Shown here: piece after piece, positions 12,537 through 24,972 of the stretch | Numbering within the stretch: the first letter of the stretch is position 1 | How the letters are laid out: every line of letters begins with the position of its first letter | Source of the DNA: Squalus acanthias | Lineage: Eukaryota | DNA length: 64,000 bases | Reading direction: 5' to 3' | Assembly: GCA_030390025.1 (NCBI GenBank) | Contig: CM059453.1 | Location: 6,014,001 to 6,078,000, forward strand | Notes under the pieces: model-generated | What the model saw: only the letters and a program-made list of their open reading frames with translations | Database searches by the model: none | Told to the model about the DNA's origin: nothing | Position numbers and translations under genes: made by a program

Positions 12537-15257
12537 AGGGCATAAAAACCAAAAGGAAAAGTGATGCAACCATGGCTAACAAACGGAATTAAAGGAGGAA
12601 GCTTATAAAGTTGCCAGAAAAAGCGGTCAGCCTGAGGATTGGGATCTTTTTAGAAATCAGCAAATACAGGCCAAGAAATTGATAAAGAAATGGAAAATGG
12701 AGTATGATCACAAACTAGCGAAAAATATAAAAACGGATTGTAAAAGCTTCTTTAGGTATGTGAAAAGGAAAAGACTGGCGAAGTTAAATGTAGGTCCTTT
12801 ACAGTCAGTGACAGGAGAATTTATAATGGGGAATGAGGAAATGGTGGGAAAATAAATAATTAAATACTTTGTTTCTGTCTTCACGGAGGAAGATACAAAA
12901 AACCTCCCAGAAAGACGAGAAAACCAAGGTTGTGTCGAGAATGAGGAACTTAAAAAAATTATTATAAGTAAAAAAACAGTTCTAGCAAAATTAATGGGAC
13001 TAAAAGTCGATAAATCTCAAGGACCGGATGACCTACATCCTACGGTTTTGAAAAAGTTGGCCATTGGGTAGTGGACGCATTGGCTGTCATCTTCCAAAAT
13101 TCTATAGATTCTGGAATCGTTCCTGCCGATTGGAGGGTAGCAAATGTAACCCCGCTATATAAGAAAGGAGGGAGAGAGAAAAATGGGAACTACAGACCTG
13201 TTAGCCTTACAGCAGTAGTTGGGAAAATGCTGGAATCTATTATAAAGGATGCAATAAATGTGCACTTAGAAACTAGTAGTAAGATTGGGCAGACTCAACA
13301 TGGATTTATGGAAGAGAAGTCCTGTTTAACAAACCTATTGGCGTTCTTTGAGTATATAACTTGTGGAGCAGACAAAGGGGAACCGGTAGATGTGGTGTAT
13401 TTGGATTTTCAGAAGGGCTTCAATAAGGCCCTACACAAGAGGTTGGTGAACAAACTGCATACAGTTTTGGCTTCCATACTTAAGAAAAGACATACTTGCT
13501 CTCGAGGCAGTACAAAGAAGGTTCACTCGGTTAATCCCGGGGATGAGGGGGTGGACATATGAGGAGAGGTTGAGTAGATTGGGACTCTACTCATTAGAGC
13601 TCAGAAGAATGAGAGGCGATCTTATTGAAACATATAAGATTGTGAAGGGGCTTGATCGGGTGGATGCGGTAAGGATGTTCCCAAGGATGGGTGAAACTAG
13701 AACTAGGGGGCATAATCTTAGAATAAGGGACTGCTCTTTCAAAACTGAGATGAGGAGAAACTTCTTCACCCAGAGGGTTGTAGGTCTGTGGAATTTGCTG
13801 CCCCAGGAAGCTGTGGAAACTACATCATTAAATACATTGAAAACAGAAATAGATAGTTTCCTAGAGGTAAAGGGAATTAGGGGTTACTGTGAGCGGGCAG
13901 GAAATTGGACATGAGGCGGAGTTCGGATCGGTCAGTGCCCTGTGGGTGGCGCAGCGGCCCCAGGGACTGAGTGGCCGGGTCCTGCTCCTACTTCTTGTGT
14001 TCTTTTGATTTGAGGTTAGGATCAGATCATCCATGATCTGATTGAATCGCGGAGCAGGCTCGAGGGGCCGATTGGCCTACTCCTGCTCCTATTTCTTATG
14101 TTCTTATTTTCTTAAAATTAGGGCACGTGGAATTGGGGGTAATATACTGTCATGGATTGAGAATTGGTTAACAGACAGAAAACAAAGAGTAGGGATAAAC
14201 GGGTCCTTTCCAGGATGGCAGGCTGTGACTAGAGGGGTACCGCAACAATCGGTGCTTGGGCCGCAGCTATTCACAATCTGTATCGATTATTTGGAGGAGG
14301 GGACTAAATGTAACTTTTCCAAATTTGCTGATGATACAAAGCTAGATGGCAGTGTCAGTCGCGAAGAGGATGTGAAGAGGCTTCAAGGGGATCTCAAAAA
14401 TCTCAGTGATTGGGCGAGGACATGGCAGATGGATTATAATGTGGATAAATTTGAAGTTTTCAACTTTGGTGGAAAAAAAACCAGAAAGGCAGAGTATTTC
14501 CTAAATGGTGAAAGATTGGCGAATGCAGATGCTCAAAGGGAACTGGGTGTTCTTGAACATGATTCACTGAAAGTGAATGTGCAGGTGCAGCAAGCCATTA
14601 GGAAGGCAAATGGTATGCTGGCCTTCATTACAAGAGGATTTCAGTACAGGAGTAAAGAAGTCTTACTCCAATTATATAGGGGCTTGGTGAGATCACACCT
14701 GGAGTACTGTGTACAATGTTGCTCTCCTTACCTAATTGAGGATATACTTGCCCTAGAGGGAGTGCAAATAAATTTCATGAGATTGATTCCTGGGATGGCG
14801 GGACTGTCGTATGAGAAGAGATTGTGTAAACTAGGCCTGTATTCTCTGGAATTCAGAAGAATGAGCGGGGATCTCAATGAAGCATACAAAATTATTACAG
14901 GGCTTGATAGGGTGGATGCTGGGAGAATGTTTCCCTTGACTGGGGAGTCTAGAACCAGGGGCCACAGCCTCAAGACAAAGGGTAGGCCATTCAGGACTGA
15001 GATGAGAAGAACTTTCTTCACACAGAGGGTGATGAATCTTTGGCATTCTGTACCCCAGAGGGCTGTGGAGACTCAGTTATTGGGTATATTCAAAACAGAA
15101 GTAGATAGATTTCTGACTAGTAAAGGCATCAAGGGATATGGCGATAAGGCCGGTGAATGGAATTGAGGCAGAAGATCAGCCATGATCTCATTGAATGGCG
15201 GAGCAGGCTCGAAGGACCGAATGGACTACTCCTGCTCCTATTTCTTAAGTTCTTATG
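12537..15257 (+). mobile_element. 5'-truncated CR1/HER1-type LINE (ORF2 reverse transcriptase), interrupted by a nested element
   Basis: Motifs PADWRVANVTPLYKKG, NYRPVSLT, SCLTNL, YLDFQK, GVPQQSVLGP and FADDTKL, then 3' tail ending ttcttatg. Carries stops and frameshifts. Confidence 0.95.
13455..14106 (+). mobile_element. Nested CR1-type LINE 3' fragment with doubled 3' tail
   Basis: Outer RT breaks after HKRLVNK and resumes at KIRARGIGG (about 14113). The insert encodes the RT C-terminus (ORF 13543-13914) and ends in its own tail. Confidence 0.85.
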
Positions 15258-16149
15258 TACTCCTTTGATATATCATCTATTTTGCGTTTAGTCAAGAGGC
15301 CAATTAGCCTCGAGTCTGATCCTGTCCTCTCTGGATTTCCATATGGATACTTGCAGAGGCCACTGAACAAGGATAGGAACAATTGATGTCTTTCCGTTCC
15401 CTAACCCTGGGAACCGAGACAAGTTGGATTGCCTCGGCCGAGATTGATCAATGAACGACTTTATCACTTTGGTAAGCTGCGTTGATGAACTTCATCGGTT
15501 AAAGCTGAGAGCGACAGTGCAATGAAGTTCAATGCCACCCCGAGTAACCTAAAGCTGATTTATTATCAAAGGAGGATGCGTCGGAGAAGGAGAGAATGTG
15601 AAGTATTGGCATGCACTCTGGGCTCCTGGATGCGACATCTCCGGGTGTCCAACTGAATGATTGAGGCAAAGGACAAGCTGACAGAAAATTCACAGACCTC
15701 CCTTGTTATTCGACATCTTAAAACTAGTCTCGGCTCTGTATCAACATTTGTTGCGTTCGATATGGAGCTACTGCCCGGGTAGCAGAGCACTTTCTGCACC
15801 AGATTAATGCTCTTCATCCAATCTCTGATACCTTTATAATATTTTTCAGCTTTGCAATACATAAATGTAGGAAAAGATGATAAGCAAAATTCCAACTGCT
15901 GCATCGCGCTTCTCGCAAGAAGTCAGGACTCATTCTTGCTTTATTGCTTTAGGATTGGAACGTCCCCTCGCACCACCAGGTAATCCCCTGGGAGAGATCA
16001 CAAAAGAGATTAAAAGAATCACTCGGCCTATTCAGCCAAAAAAATCTGGAATTGTTTTTCGGACCCCGTTAGGGAAAAAAACGAGTTCCAGTAGATAACA
16101 TTATCCATGAGGTACATCTCCCAACATCACAAACTTTCTCTTTGTGCAG

Positions 16150-16720
16150 AGGGATAATAGCCACAGGAGGGAGCACTTCCAGTTCCTGTTTGAACTGTTG
16201 CAACGAATTTGCTCACATCACAAGTGTTGCCAACTTATTCCAAGTGTTGATGACTCTCTGGGAAAAGGAAAACCTCCCGATATCTAACCTAGTTATATGT
16301 TTATACTGCATGACCATTCTTTTCGCCATAACTATCTAATTCAAATACTTTCTCTACACAAACACAGACTAGTTCCTTCGTAATTTTAATAACTTCGATT
16401 AAATTGCTCCCAAATCTACACTTTGCTAGAGTAAAAGGAGTCAGCTCCTAAGTGAATGGACTTTTAAACTAGTTACCTCTCTAACAGCCCTCCTCTGAAC
16501 CTTCTTTCAGGGCCAATATATCAACAACCATTTGAAGGAATCAAAACTGGACCCAAATTTGCAAATGAGGCCTAACTAATATCTTCCGCAAAGATCCAAA
16601 GCTACATTTTAATTTTGCTCTGGACCGCCCTTACTGTATAACAGAGTACTCAATTTGCCTTTGTAAATCGCCTTTTGGCACTGGTCATGCAAATTTAAAG
16701 CCTCATGTATTAGGAGGGTT
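16150..16720 (-). mobile_element. Old CR1-like LINE fragment
   Basis: Degenerate reverse-complement CR1 3' region (gactctctgggaaaagg..., ccctcctctgaacc). Boundaries approximate. Confidence 0.45.
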
Positions 16721-16789
16721 AACTCAAGAACGTGTATATATACTCACTGAATACTCAAATCCATTCGCTTGCTATCTGATAACAGAGGC

Positions 16790-17100
16790 CATATCTGCCC
16801 TCTCAGGTGGATGTAAAATATATACCGGCCACTAGTTCAAAGAACAGCAGGGAAGTTACCTTATTTTACTCGGCCAGTATTTATTCTTCAACCAAAATCA
16901 CTAAAAACAGGTGATTTGTTTATTTTTTCATTGCTGTTTGTGGCAGCTTGCTGTGAGCAAATTGGCAGCCGTGTTTCCTACAGTACAACAGTGACTACAT
17001 TTCAAAAAGAACTTCATTTTCTATGACGCGCTTTGAGACGGCTTGTGGTCGTGAAAGGCGCTAAACGCATGTGACTTCTTTCATTCTTTCTTACTTAACT
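16790..17100 (+). mobile_element. Deu-domain SINE remnant
   Basis: ctgccctctcaggtggatgtaaaa...cattgctgtttgtggcagcttgctgtgagcaaattggcagcc...gtgaaaggcgcta...ctttc tail matches my recollection of the DeuSINE core and 3' tail. Confidence 0.65.
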
Positions 17101-17134
17101 TCTTTCTTACTTATCTTTAATTATTTATTTTGTT

Positions 17135-17357
17135 GCCTAGGCCCTAAGCTCTGGAAATGCCTGCCTAAACCTCTCCGCCTCGCTTCCTCTGTTTCCTCCT
17201 TTAAGACGCTCCTTAAAACCTACCTCTTTCACCAAACTTTTGGTCACCTGCCCTAATTTCTTCTTATGGGGCTCGGTGTCACCTTTTTTGATTTATAATA
17301 CTCCTGTGCAGCGCTTTGGGACGTTTTACTACGTCAAAACCGCTATATAAATACATG
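17135..17357 (+). mobile_element. L2-like LINE 3' end
   Basis: Reads GPKLWKCLP...SFKTLLKTYLF, an L2-type ORF2 C-terminus, plus tail. Second partial copy at 38306-38460. Confidence 0.6.
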
Positions 17358-17610
17358 NNNNNNNNNNNNNNNNNNNNNNNNNNNNNNNNNNNNNNNNNNN
17401 NNNNNNNNNNNNNNNNNNNNNNNNNNNNNNNNNNNNNNNNNNNNNNNNNNNNNNNNNNNNNNNNNNNNNNNNNNNNNNNNNNNNNNNNNNNNNNNNNNNN
17501 NNNNNNNNNNNNNNNNNNNNNNNNNNNNNNNNNNNNNNNNNNNNNNNNNNNNNNNNNNNNNNNNNNNNNNNNNNNNNNNNNNNNNNNNNNNNNNNNNNNN
17601 NNNNNNNNNN
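17358..17610. other. Assembly gap (253 N)
   Basis: Run of n. Confidence 1.
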
Positions 17611-17744
17611 GCGATTAGACCCAATAAACCCTTCTAACGGTTAGATCATCTCCAACTACCATCCCACCAGAAGTACAAAAGGTAAGGATTGAATTTTGAC
17701 CTGCCGCTCTGCATCGCTCAATACAACATCTCGCGTTGCACTTA

Positions 17745-18880
17745 AAACTTATTAATGACAGCGTGACTGAGCACTTGGAGAAATTTGAGGTGAATAGGGA
17801 GAGCCAAATTGGACTTGTAAAGGGCAGGTGATTTTTAAAACCTAACTGATTCGTTTTGACGATGTAACTACAATATTAGACAGGGGAATGTTTATGGAAA
17901 TCCTTTACATGCACTTCTAGAAGGCATTTGATAATGTTCCACAGAAATGTCTGTTAGCTAAAAATAAAGTTTGTGGAATTGAAGGCAAATTTTTATCTGG
18001 TTAGGAAATTGGTTAGGCTTCATGAGACGGAGTGGAAACATAATGTGCATGTTTTCGATTTGGAAGGAAATGACGAGAGGTGTCCCACAAGGATCTGTGC
18101 TTGGGCCTCTACTACTCACCATATTCATACTGACAGAGCAGGTAGTGTAGGCAGGAGCATAAAATTACAATGTGACTTTGATATATTAAGTGAGTGGGAA
18201 AAATTGTGGCAGATGTATATCATCCATTTTGGACAAAACTTTATGGATACGAGTATTTATTAAATGGTGAGAAAGTAGTAACAGTGGCGTTCCAAAGAGA
18301 TTTAGGAGTCCATGTACACAGACTACCAAAATGTGAGTTACAAACCCTGATGAAAAAGGCTGATGGGATTTTAGCCTTTTTAGCTAGATGGCTAGAATAT
18401 AAAGGGGTGGGAGTTTTGCGACATCGAAAATTTGCCCTGGTTGGACAACATCTGGAGTGCTGTGTATAGTTCTGGCCCCCTCACCCTAGCAATGTTATAT
18501 TACCCTTGGAAGGAGTGCAGCGCAATTTGAAAAGAATTGACAGGGTAGCTAGAGTGATAGGTTTTCATCGAATGGGGAATCTAGGATAAGGGGAAATAAC
18601 CTAAAAATCAGAGAGAGAGCACATTCAGGAGAGAAGTTAGAAAATATTTCCGCACAGAAAGTGTGGTGGAAGTGTGGAACTCGCTCTCGCAAACAAAATA
18701 GATTCTAGCTCAATTATTAATTTTACATCTGAGAACAATAGATTTTTGCTAGCCATGGGTATGACGGGATATGGAGCCAAACCAGATGTAACTAGTTAGG
18801 ATGCAGATTAGCTATGCTCTTATTAAATGCTGGAACAGGATCAAGAGGCTGGATGTCCTACTCTGGTTCCTTTGTTCCTG
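17745..18880 (+). mobile_element. Degenerate CR1 LINE RT fragment (duplicate at about 38685-39830)
   Basis: Decayed FxKAFD, PQGSVLGP, QRDLGVHV and HLECCV motifs plus tail. Confidence 0.8.
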
Positions 18881-20544
18881 TTTTCTCTGCCCCACCCCGC
18901 CAAACTTCATGCAAATAATTATGAATTTCCAGCACTGTTTTTTTCTGTTCTATATTGTGTACTTTTGAATATAACTTAACTAAAAATGGCAAAACTTTTG
19001 CTTCGCGTTCTATAATTTACAGCAATATCTATTTTAACACAGTCTGGTAATGGGATATATGCACAGGTTCAGGTCCCATTTGTGTTTAGTAGTCACTGGT
19101 GAAGGTAGGTGTGTCCTGACCAAGGGCTAGACTTCATTTACATCAGCTTTGTAAAGTGTGCTGAAGCGTAGGGTCCTGATGGATTTCGTATTCACTGCAC
19201 AAATGATCACTGACCAATCTGATGTCTGTTGTCTGATGTAATGATGACTTCCCGCAACTAGCTTCCAGTTCGATTTTGGCTGACTAGATTAGCAATGTCT
19301 GCTCAGATTGTGGGCCCAGCTTGGGTTAGAATGCATAGACTTAGAATGTTAACTCAGCTACGTGGCTTTCGGTTAACTTACAAGCTTAGGAATGTGCGTT
19401 CAGATTCAAGGCCCAGTTTGGTTTTACTGACTAGATAAAGAATATGTGCTCAGACTGAGAGCCGGTTTTGTTTAGAGATGTCAGTTCGAACAGAACAGAG
19501 GCCGTTCAAGGGAACGGAAGGGATTCAAGGGGAAGAAAGTGGATTAGTTGGAAAGGCAGAGGGTTTTCTGGGGTAAGGGTGCAGGTTCGAGCGGTGAAGA
19601 TGGGGCGGGCCGGCGGTCTAACTTACCCCGCGGTTTAAATATCCACCCTTCCGACACCGCGTGCCTGCCTGTCACCCGGTTCCAGGTGCCGGTTGAATGG
19701 AGGATGTGACGGCAGGCGTCCCTTCCCAGAAAGGAACCCGGCATAAAAAGAATAAGCTGCACTCTGGGAGGAAGAATCATATGATCCCGTGAACAACGAG
19801 GGGGCCGGCGAAGGTAGGGAGAGAGGCAAATGGAGGTGATTTAACGTCCAAGTATTGGCAAGATGACGGAGAGGGGGAGGGGCAGAGCTAGCGGCGGCCT
19901 CGTTGGCTATCGCGTCTATGTGTCCAGGTCACTTTCTGTTAACACCAAGTTCACCACCCCCAAACCTCGCCCTCTTTTTAAAACTCCCATTTTCACATAC
20001 ATGTAAAACCCTATTTGTAACTCCCCCTTCGTTAACTGCTTAATAAATCCCCATTTCACCCCCATATGTACCCCTTTCGGAGCCTACTTTTAACCTCGTT
20101 TTTAAATCCCTTATCAATCCCCCTGTGAAACCTCTTTTAAAACCCGATATAGGTTCATTTTTTGAGGCACCGAGAAAGTGCCACGGCGTATGGGATACAG
20201 CGAGAGGGAGAGAGAGCGGCAAAGATTGAGAGACAGAGAGGGAAGCATAGAAAGAGATGGGGGTGGGGTGCGTGGGGGGCAGAGTTTGTACTGTAGTTAC
20301 CAGGACTAGTTGAGCTCTAAATAGAAACGAGGTTCTCACGCCTCTGCTCTGGAGCTGTAACGCTGCACGGTGCAAACAAACCCACCTCGGAGCAGCCACA
20401 TCGAAGGAGAACAGTGGGTGAGACACCGAGGATGCATCATGCTAACTGTCAGTATTGAGCCGATACTGGGACTCGGCTCTAAAAACAAATCCCTAAACTA
20501 CTCAATAAAACCAAGCTTGGCTCTGGTAATGAACACACATCCCT

Positions 20545-20745
20545 GTGTGTGTGCAGGATGCGGTTCCTCTTCCTGTCCTGGGGAGGCGGTGAGTGTGGGG
20601 TGGGTGCAGTTCCTCCTGCTCTCCTGGGGCGGCGCTTTGTAAGGGGTGGGTGCAGTTCCTCCTCCTGTCCTGGGGCGGCGGTTTGTGTGGGGAGTGTGCA
20701 GTTCCTCCTCCTGTCCTGCGGCGGCGGTGTGTGTGGGGAGTGTAC
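20545..20745 (+). repeat. About 46-bp G-rich minisatellite (duplicate at about 41505-41755)
   Basis: Repeats of GTGTGTGTGGGGTGGGTGCAGTTCCTCCTCCTGTCCTGGGGCGGCG, about 4 copies here and about 5 in the duplicate. Confidence 0.85.
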
Positions 20746-21189
20746 TGTCACGAAAACCAGAATCGGGACTGGATCTGAAAGACTATCCCTAATAATTCAT
20801 TATAAACCAAACTGGACTTTAAAATTCTGAAAGGCGTTTGATCGGATTGATCTAGAGAAGATGTTTTAGATTGTGGGAGGTAGCATAACTCAGGGCCATT
20901 AATATAAGATGGTCTTCAATAGTGAATTCAGCATCAACCTCTTTACATAGAGAATGGTTCCAATCTGGAACCGCATCATAATGTTAAAGATCTCAGCTAG
21001 TGAAATCTTCAGCCTTCTCTTTCCTAGAGAAAAAAGGATGAGAGTGTGTTTGAGAGAGAGAGAGTGAGTAACAGAGAGTCTGTAACAGAGAGATAGAGGG
21101 AGGTGGGATGCGCGTTCAAACCCAGGGCCCAGTTTGATTTTGCAGATTCGTTTGCGGAATTGTGATCAGAATAAGGGCCCAGTTGATCT

Positions 21190-22080
21190 TAGATCATAGA
21201 ATCTTAGAATGGTTACAGCACAGAAGGAGGCCATTCGGCCCGTCGAGCCCTTGCAGGCTCTGTGCAAGAGCACTCCAGCTAGTCCCACTCCCCGCCCTTT
21301 CCCGGCAGCCCTACATTATTTTTCTTTCGGGTATTTATCTAATTCGTCTTTGAAAGTCACGATTAAATCTACCTCCACCTAAATTTCAGGCAGTGCATTT
21401 CAGATCATAACCACTTGCTGTGTAAAAAAGTTTTTCCTCATGTCGCCTTTGAACCTTCTGTCAATCACCTTAAATAGTTGTCCTCTGGTTCACGACACTT
21501 CAGCTAATGGGAACAGTTTATTTCTACCTACTCTGTCTCGACCCCTCATAATTTTGAATACCTCTATCAAATCTCCTCTCAATCTTCTCTCCTCTAAGGA
21601 GAACAACCCAAATTTCTCCAGTCTATACACTTAACTGAAGTCCATCATCCCTGTTATCATTCTCCTACTTCTATTCTGCACCCTCTCTGAAGCCTTCAGA
21701 TCCTTCCTAAAGTGTTGTGCCCAGAATTCGACACAATAATCCAGTTTTGGACGAACCAGTGTTTTACAGAGGTTCATCATAACATCCTTGCTTTTCTACT
21801 CTATGCCTCCATGTATGAAGCCCATGATCCCGTAGGCTGTTTTAACTGTTTTCTGAACCTGCCCTGCCACCTGAAACGATTTGTGCACATATATTCCCAG
21901 GTTATATATACCCTCTTCAGAATTGTAAAATTTTGTTTATATTGCCTGTCCTTATCTTCCTACCAAAATGTATCACTTCGCACATTTGTGCGTTAAAATT
22001 CATCAGCACGAGTCTGCCCATTCCACCAGCCTAGCTATGTCCTCCTGAAGTCTATCACTATCCTCCTCATTCTTCACTAT
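21190..22080 (-). mobile_element. CR1-type LINE 3' fragment (partial duplicate at about 42075-42760)
   Basis: Reverse-complement tail atcatagaatcttagaatggttacagcacagaaggaggccattcggccc and RT C-terminal sequence. Confidence 0.85.
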
Positions 22081-22425
22081 ATTGATTAGTTTAGGGCTGT
22101 GTTTTCAGATAGAGGACCCAGTTTGCTGTTAGTGATCAGTTTAGAGATGTGTTTTCGGATCCAAGCCCAGTTTTGGGTACATTCACTTGTTTAGGGATCT
22201 TTATTTAGATCCAGGGCTCAGTTTGGTTCTAACGACGAGTTTACTGATGACTTTACAGACAAGGGCCCAGTTTGATTTAGGCTGAATAATTTAGGGAATT
22301 TGTTTCAGATTCAGGCCCCAGTTTGATTTTAATGACTTTTTATGAGATGTGTGTTCACTTCCAGGGACAAGATTGGTTTTATTCTCTGGTTTAGGGATGC
22401 GTGTTTAAATCCGAGGCCCAGTTGG
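22081..22425 (+). repeat. Degenerate ~46-bp satellite (ggcccagtttgg...tttagggatgtgtgttcagatcc); also about 19260-19480, 21105-21190, 40220-40430 and 42760-43095
   Basis: Recurrent GGCCCAGTTTG anchor at about 46-bp spacing, interrupted by LINE insertions. Confidence 0.7.
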
Positions 22426-22427
22426 GA

Positions 22428-22895
22428 TAAGAGGGCTGTCCTATGATGAGAGATTGTGTAGAATGGGCCTATACTCTCTGGAATTTAAAAGAATGAGAGG
22501 TGATCGCATTGAAACATTCACGTTTCTGAAGGGGTTTGACAGGGTAGATGCTGAGAGGTTGTTCCCCCTGGCTGTCGTGTCTAGAACTAGGGGGAATACT
22601 CTCAGGATAAGGTGTAGGCCATTTAAGACTGAGATGAGGAGGAATTTCTTCACTCAGAGGATTGTGAATCTTTGGAATTCTCTGCCCCAGGAGGCTGTGA
22701 ATGCTGTGTCGTTGAGTATATTCAAGGCTGAGATAGATAGATTTTTGGACTCTAGGCGAGTCAAGGGATTTGGAGATCGGGCGGGAAAGTGGAGTTGAGG
22801 TCGAAGATCCGCCATGATCTTATTGAATGGTGGAGCAGGCTCGAGGGGCCGTATGGTCTACTCCTGCTCTTACTTCTTATGTTTTTATGTTCTTA
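22428..22895 (+). mobile_element. CR1/HER1-type LINE 3' fragment (duplicate at about 43097-43565)
   Basis: ORF 22454-22798 reads GLYSLEFKRMRGD..RNFFTQRIVNLWNSLP, followed by the 3' tail. Confidence 0.9.
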
Positions 22896-23559
22896 ACACT
22901 GACGGTTCAGATTATGCATCCTCTGTGTCTCTGTGTCTCATCCAGTGTTCTCTTTTGTTGAGCTGGCTGCGAGTTAGGTTTGATAACAACCAGTGTCAGT
23001 ACAGTATAGACATGCGCAGCTCCTATCTATTCGGAGCCCAATTAGTTGTGGTGACTGCAGCTCAAAAAGCCCTGCCATCTATGACGTCCTTGGTTGCAAA
23101 TAACTTTGGCACTTGAGCCAGAAAAGTTGTGGTCAGGCCGCATCCGCTTATAGCCTGTGCAATATTGAAAGGTCTTGTTGTGTTTGCAGCTGTATGTTTG
23201 AACTGAAATGTAACTTGAAAGCACGCAGCATCCATATTAATAATACATCTACGTAATGAATAATGCCCGTTAATAATGATCTCCTTATTAAATTGTCAGC
23301 AGTGGTTCATTTGGAAGCAATACCGCCTCTGAGTCCAGAAGTTCGTGCGTTCAAGCCCCACTCCAGAAAATGGAACAGGGGGCATTTCTACAACATCACA
23401 AAGCGGGGTGGGACTTGTGGTAAAGGAGACATTATTTCTCTTCTCTGATTGGTCAGTGATTATGACATGACATCAATCTAATTAAAATTAACGGAAGTGT
23501 CCCTTTTTTACGCACAGACAAGGTCCAAATTGTAAGTAAATATAAGGAGAAACGTTGTT

Positions 23560-23880
23560 AATGTATGGCATCGTTGGCCGTTTCGACAATGCATTCTCGT
23601 CCCTCCGGTGTCCACCGGTCGCGGAAGGGTCTCAAGCATACCGGCAATCACCTCAGTGTCCCTCTCCATCGACACCCGAACGTGGAAATAGACGCGGATG
23701 GCAGTCAGGCAGTCGAACCAAATGATCCACTGGACCGGGTGCTGGCTGGACCTGTGAATGGCCATCTTGGTCAGTCCCAGGAGCATACCCACAAGGAGGT
23801 CCTCCGACTTCCTCATTCCCCTCCGGAGCGTGTTTCCAATAAGAATTACTGCGTATCCCGACATTGATCTGTTTTGGCCG
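23560..23880 (-). mobile_element. Tx1/L1-clade non-LTR retrotransposon C-terminal fragment (duplicate at about 44235-44550)
   Basis: Minus ORF 23508-23864 reads DLLVGMLLGLTKMAIHRSS, resembling the Tx1 ORF2 C-terminal LLGLAKxAI motif. Confidence 0.5.
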
Positions 23881-24160
23881 AATCTATTGCCTCAATCATT
23901 TTTTATATGTGTTTGTTCCAGCAATATTTGCATTTACGACGAAAACCTCAAGTCTATTTCACACGTCCTTGACCTGACACCGAAATCTCAATAAAAAACT
24001 GAAGCAAATAGGATAGAACCTGGTTTAATTTCGAAAAAGTTAGAGAGCTTTAGTTTGGATATAAAGAGTTAAATCAATTCGAAAAAAATGTTCCTCTCTC
24101 TGACATCGCAGATGCAGACGAAGGTGACGAAACCATATGTCTACAGACTGCAGAAACCTG

Positions 24161-24478
24161 ACTAACTGTAATGACACCTCTACAACATTCAGCTCGCATT
24201 AGCTGCTGCACCCAAACTAACTCTAATAACACCTCTCCAACATTCAGCTCGCATTAGCAGCTGCAACCAAACTAACTGTAGTGACACCTCTTCAAAATTC
24301 AGCTCGCATAAGCTGTTGCAACCAAACTAGTTGTATTTACACCTCCCCAACATTCAGCTCGCATTAGCAGCTGCAAGAAAACTAAATGTAGTGACACCTC
24401 TCCAAAATTCAGCTCGCATTAGCTGCTGCAACCAAACATATTGTATTTACACCTGCCCAACATTCAGCTCGCAGTAGG
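24161..24478 (+). repeat. 55-bp VNTR (about 5.8 copies) upstream of the gene B leader
   Basis: Units start at 24161, 24216, 24271, 24326, 24381 and 24436 (ACTAACTGTAGTGACACCTCTCCAACATTCAGCTCGCATTAGCTGCTGCAACCAA). Confidence 0.92.
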
Positions 24479-24929
24479 TGCCACAAAGCTGAATAAGTGT
24501 GAAATGTGAGTCCGAGGCGTCTGCAAGCGTGGGCGGTGACATTCTGACGCAGATTCCAACATATTATGTTCAGAAATAACAGTGTATTTATTGTAAGTGT
24601 GTTTGAGTGAGAGAGAGAGATGCTGCTTCTATATTATGCATTCTTTAGCAACTGTTAGACATCCCATACCATCATATTCAGTAACAGTCGGTGAGACGCA
24701 GTCCATGTACAGGATGTGCTAGTGGCCCACCTCTCCAACGAAGCTGAGTGAGTAAGCACTGTTCCTACAGATCGGTTGATACAGATTAGCGGACTTTCCC
24801 CGATAGTCTGACGAAGATTAGCAAAGAAATCCAAGATATGACAGGCATGAAGAATGCAGAAACCTGAATGGGCTCGATTGTGGAATTGATTCTTCATTTT
24901 GATAGTGACATCTACAACAGGTTCCAGTC

Positions 24930-24972
24930 ATGAGGGGTTGCTTGTTTGCTTTTCTCATGATATTAACAGATG
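24930..24972 (+). CDS. Gene B: signal-peptide exon
   Basis: MRGCLFAFLMILTD, then G|gtaaat. The 43-bp length is conserved in genes C, D and E. Confidence 0.85.

Noticed and set aside
14042-15166. 374-aa ORF as a host gene
   Set aside because: It is CR1 reverse transcriptase with an N-terminus derived from a nested LINE tail.
17316-17624. ORFs of X residues
   Set aside because: Artefact of the N gap.
20370-20830. Cys/Gly-rich ORFs (also 41551-41829)
   Set aside because: Translation of the 46-bp G-rich minisatellite.
23400-23500. GC-box, CCAAT and ETS cluster as the gene B promoter
   Set aside because: These are short motifs, absent upstream of genes C and E and separated from the leader by a retroelement fragment. 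They cannot be supported without TSS data.
24161-24478. Regular repeats as a CRISPR array
   Set aside because: Head-to-tail 55-bp units with no unique spacers, in vertebrate DNA with no cas genes.
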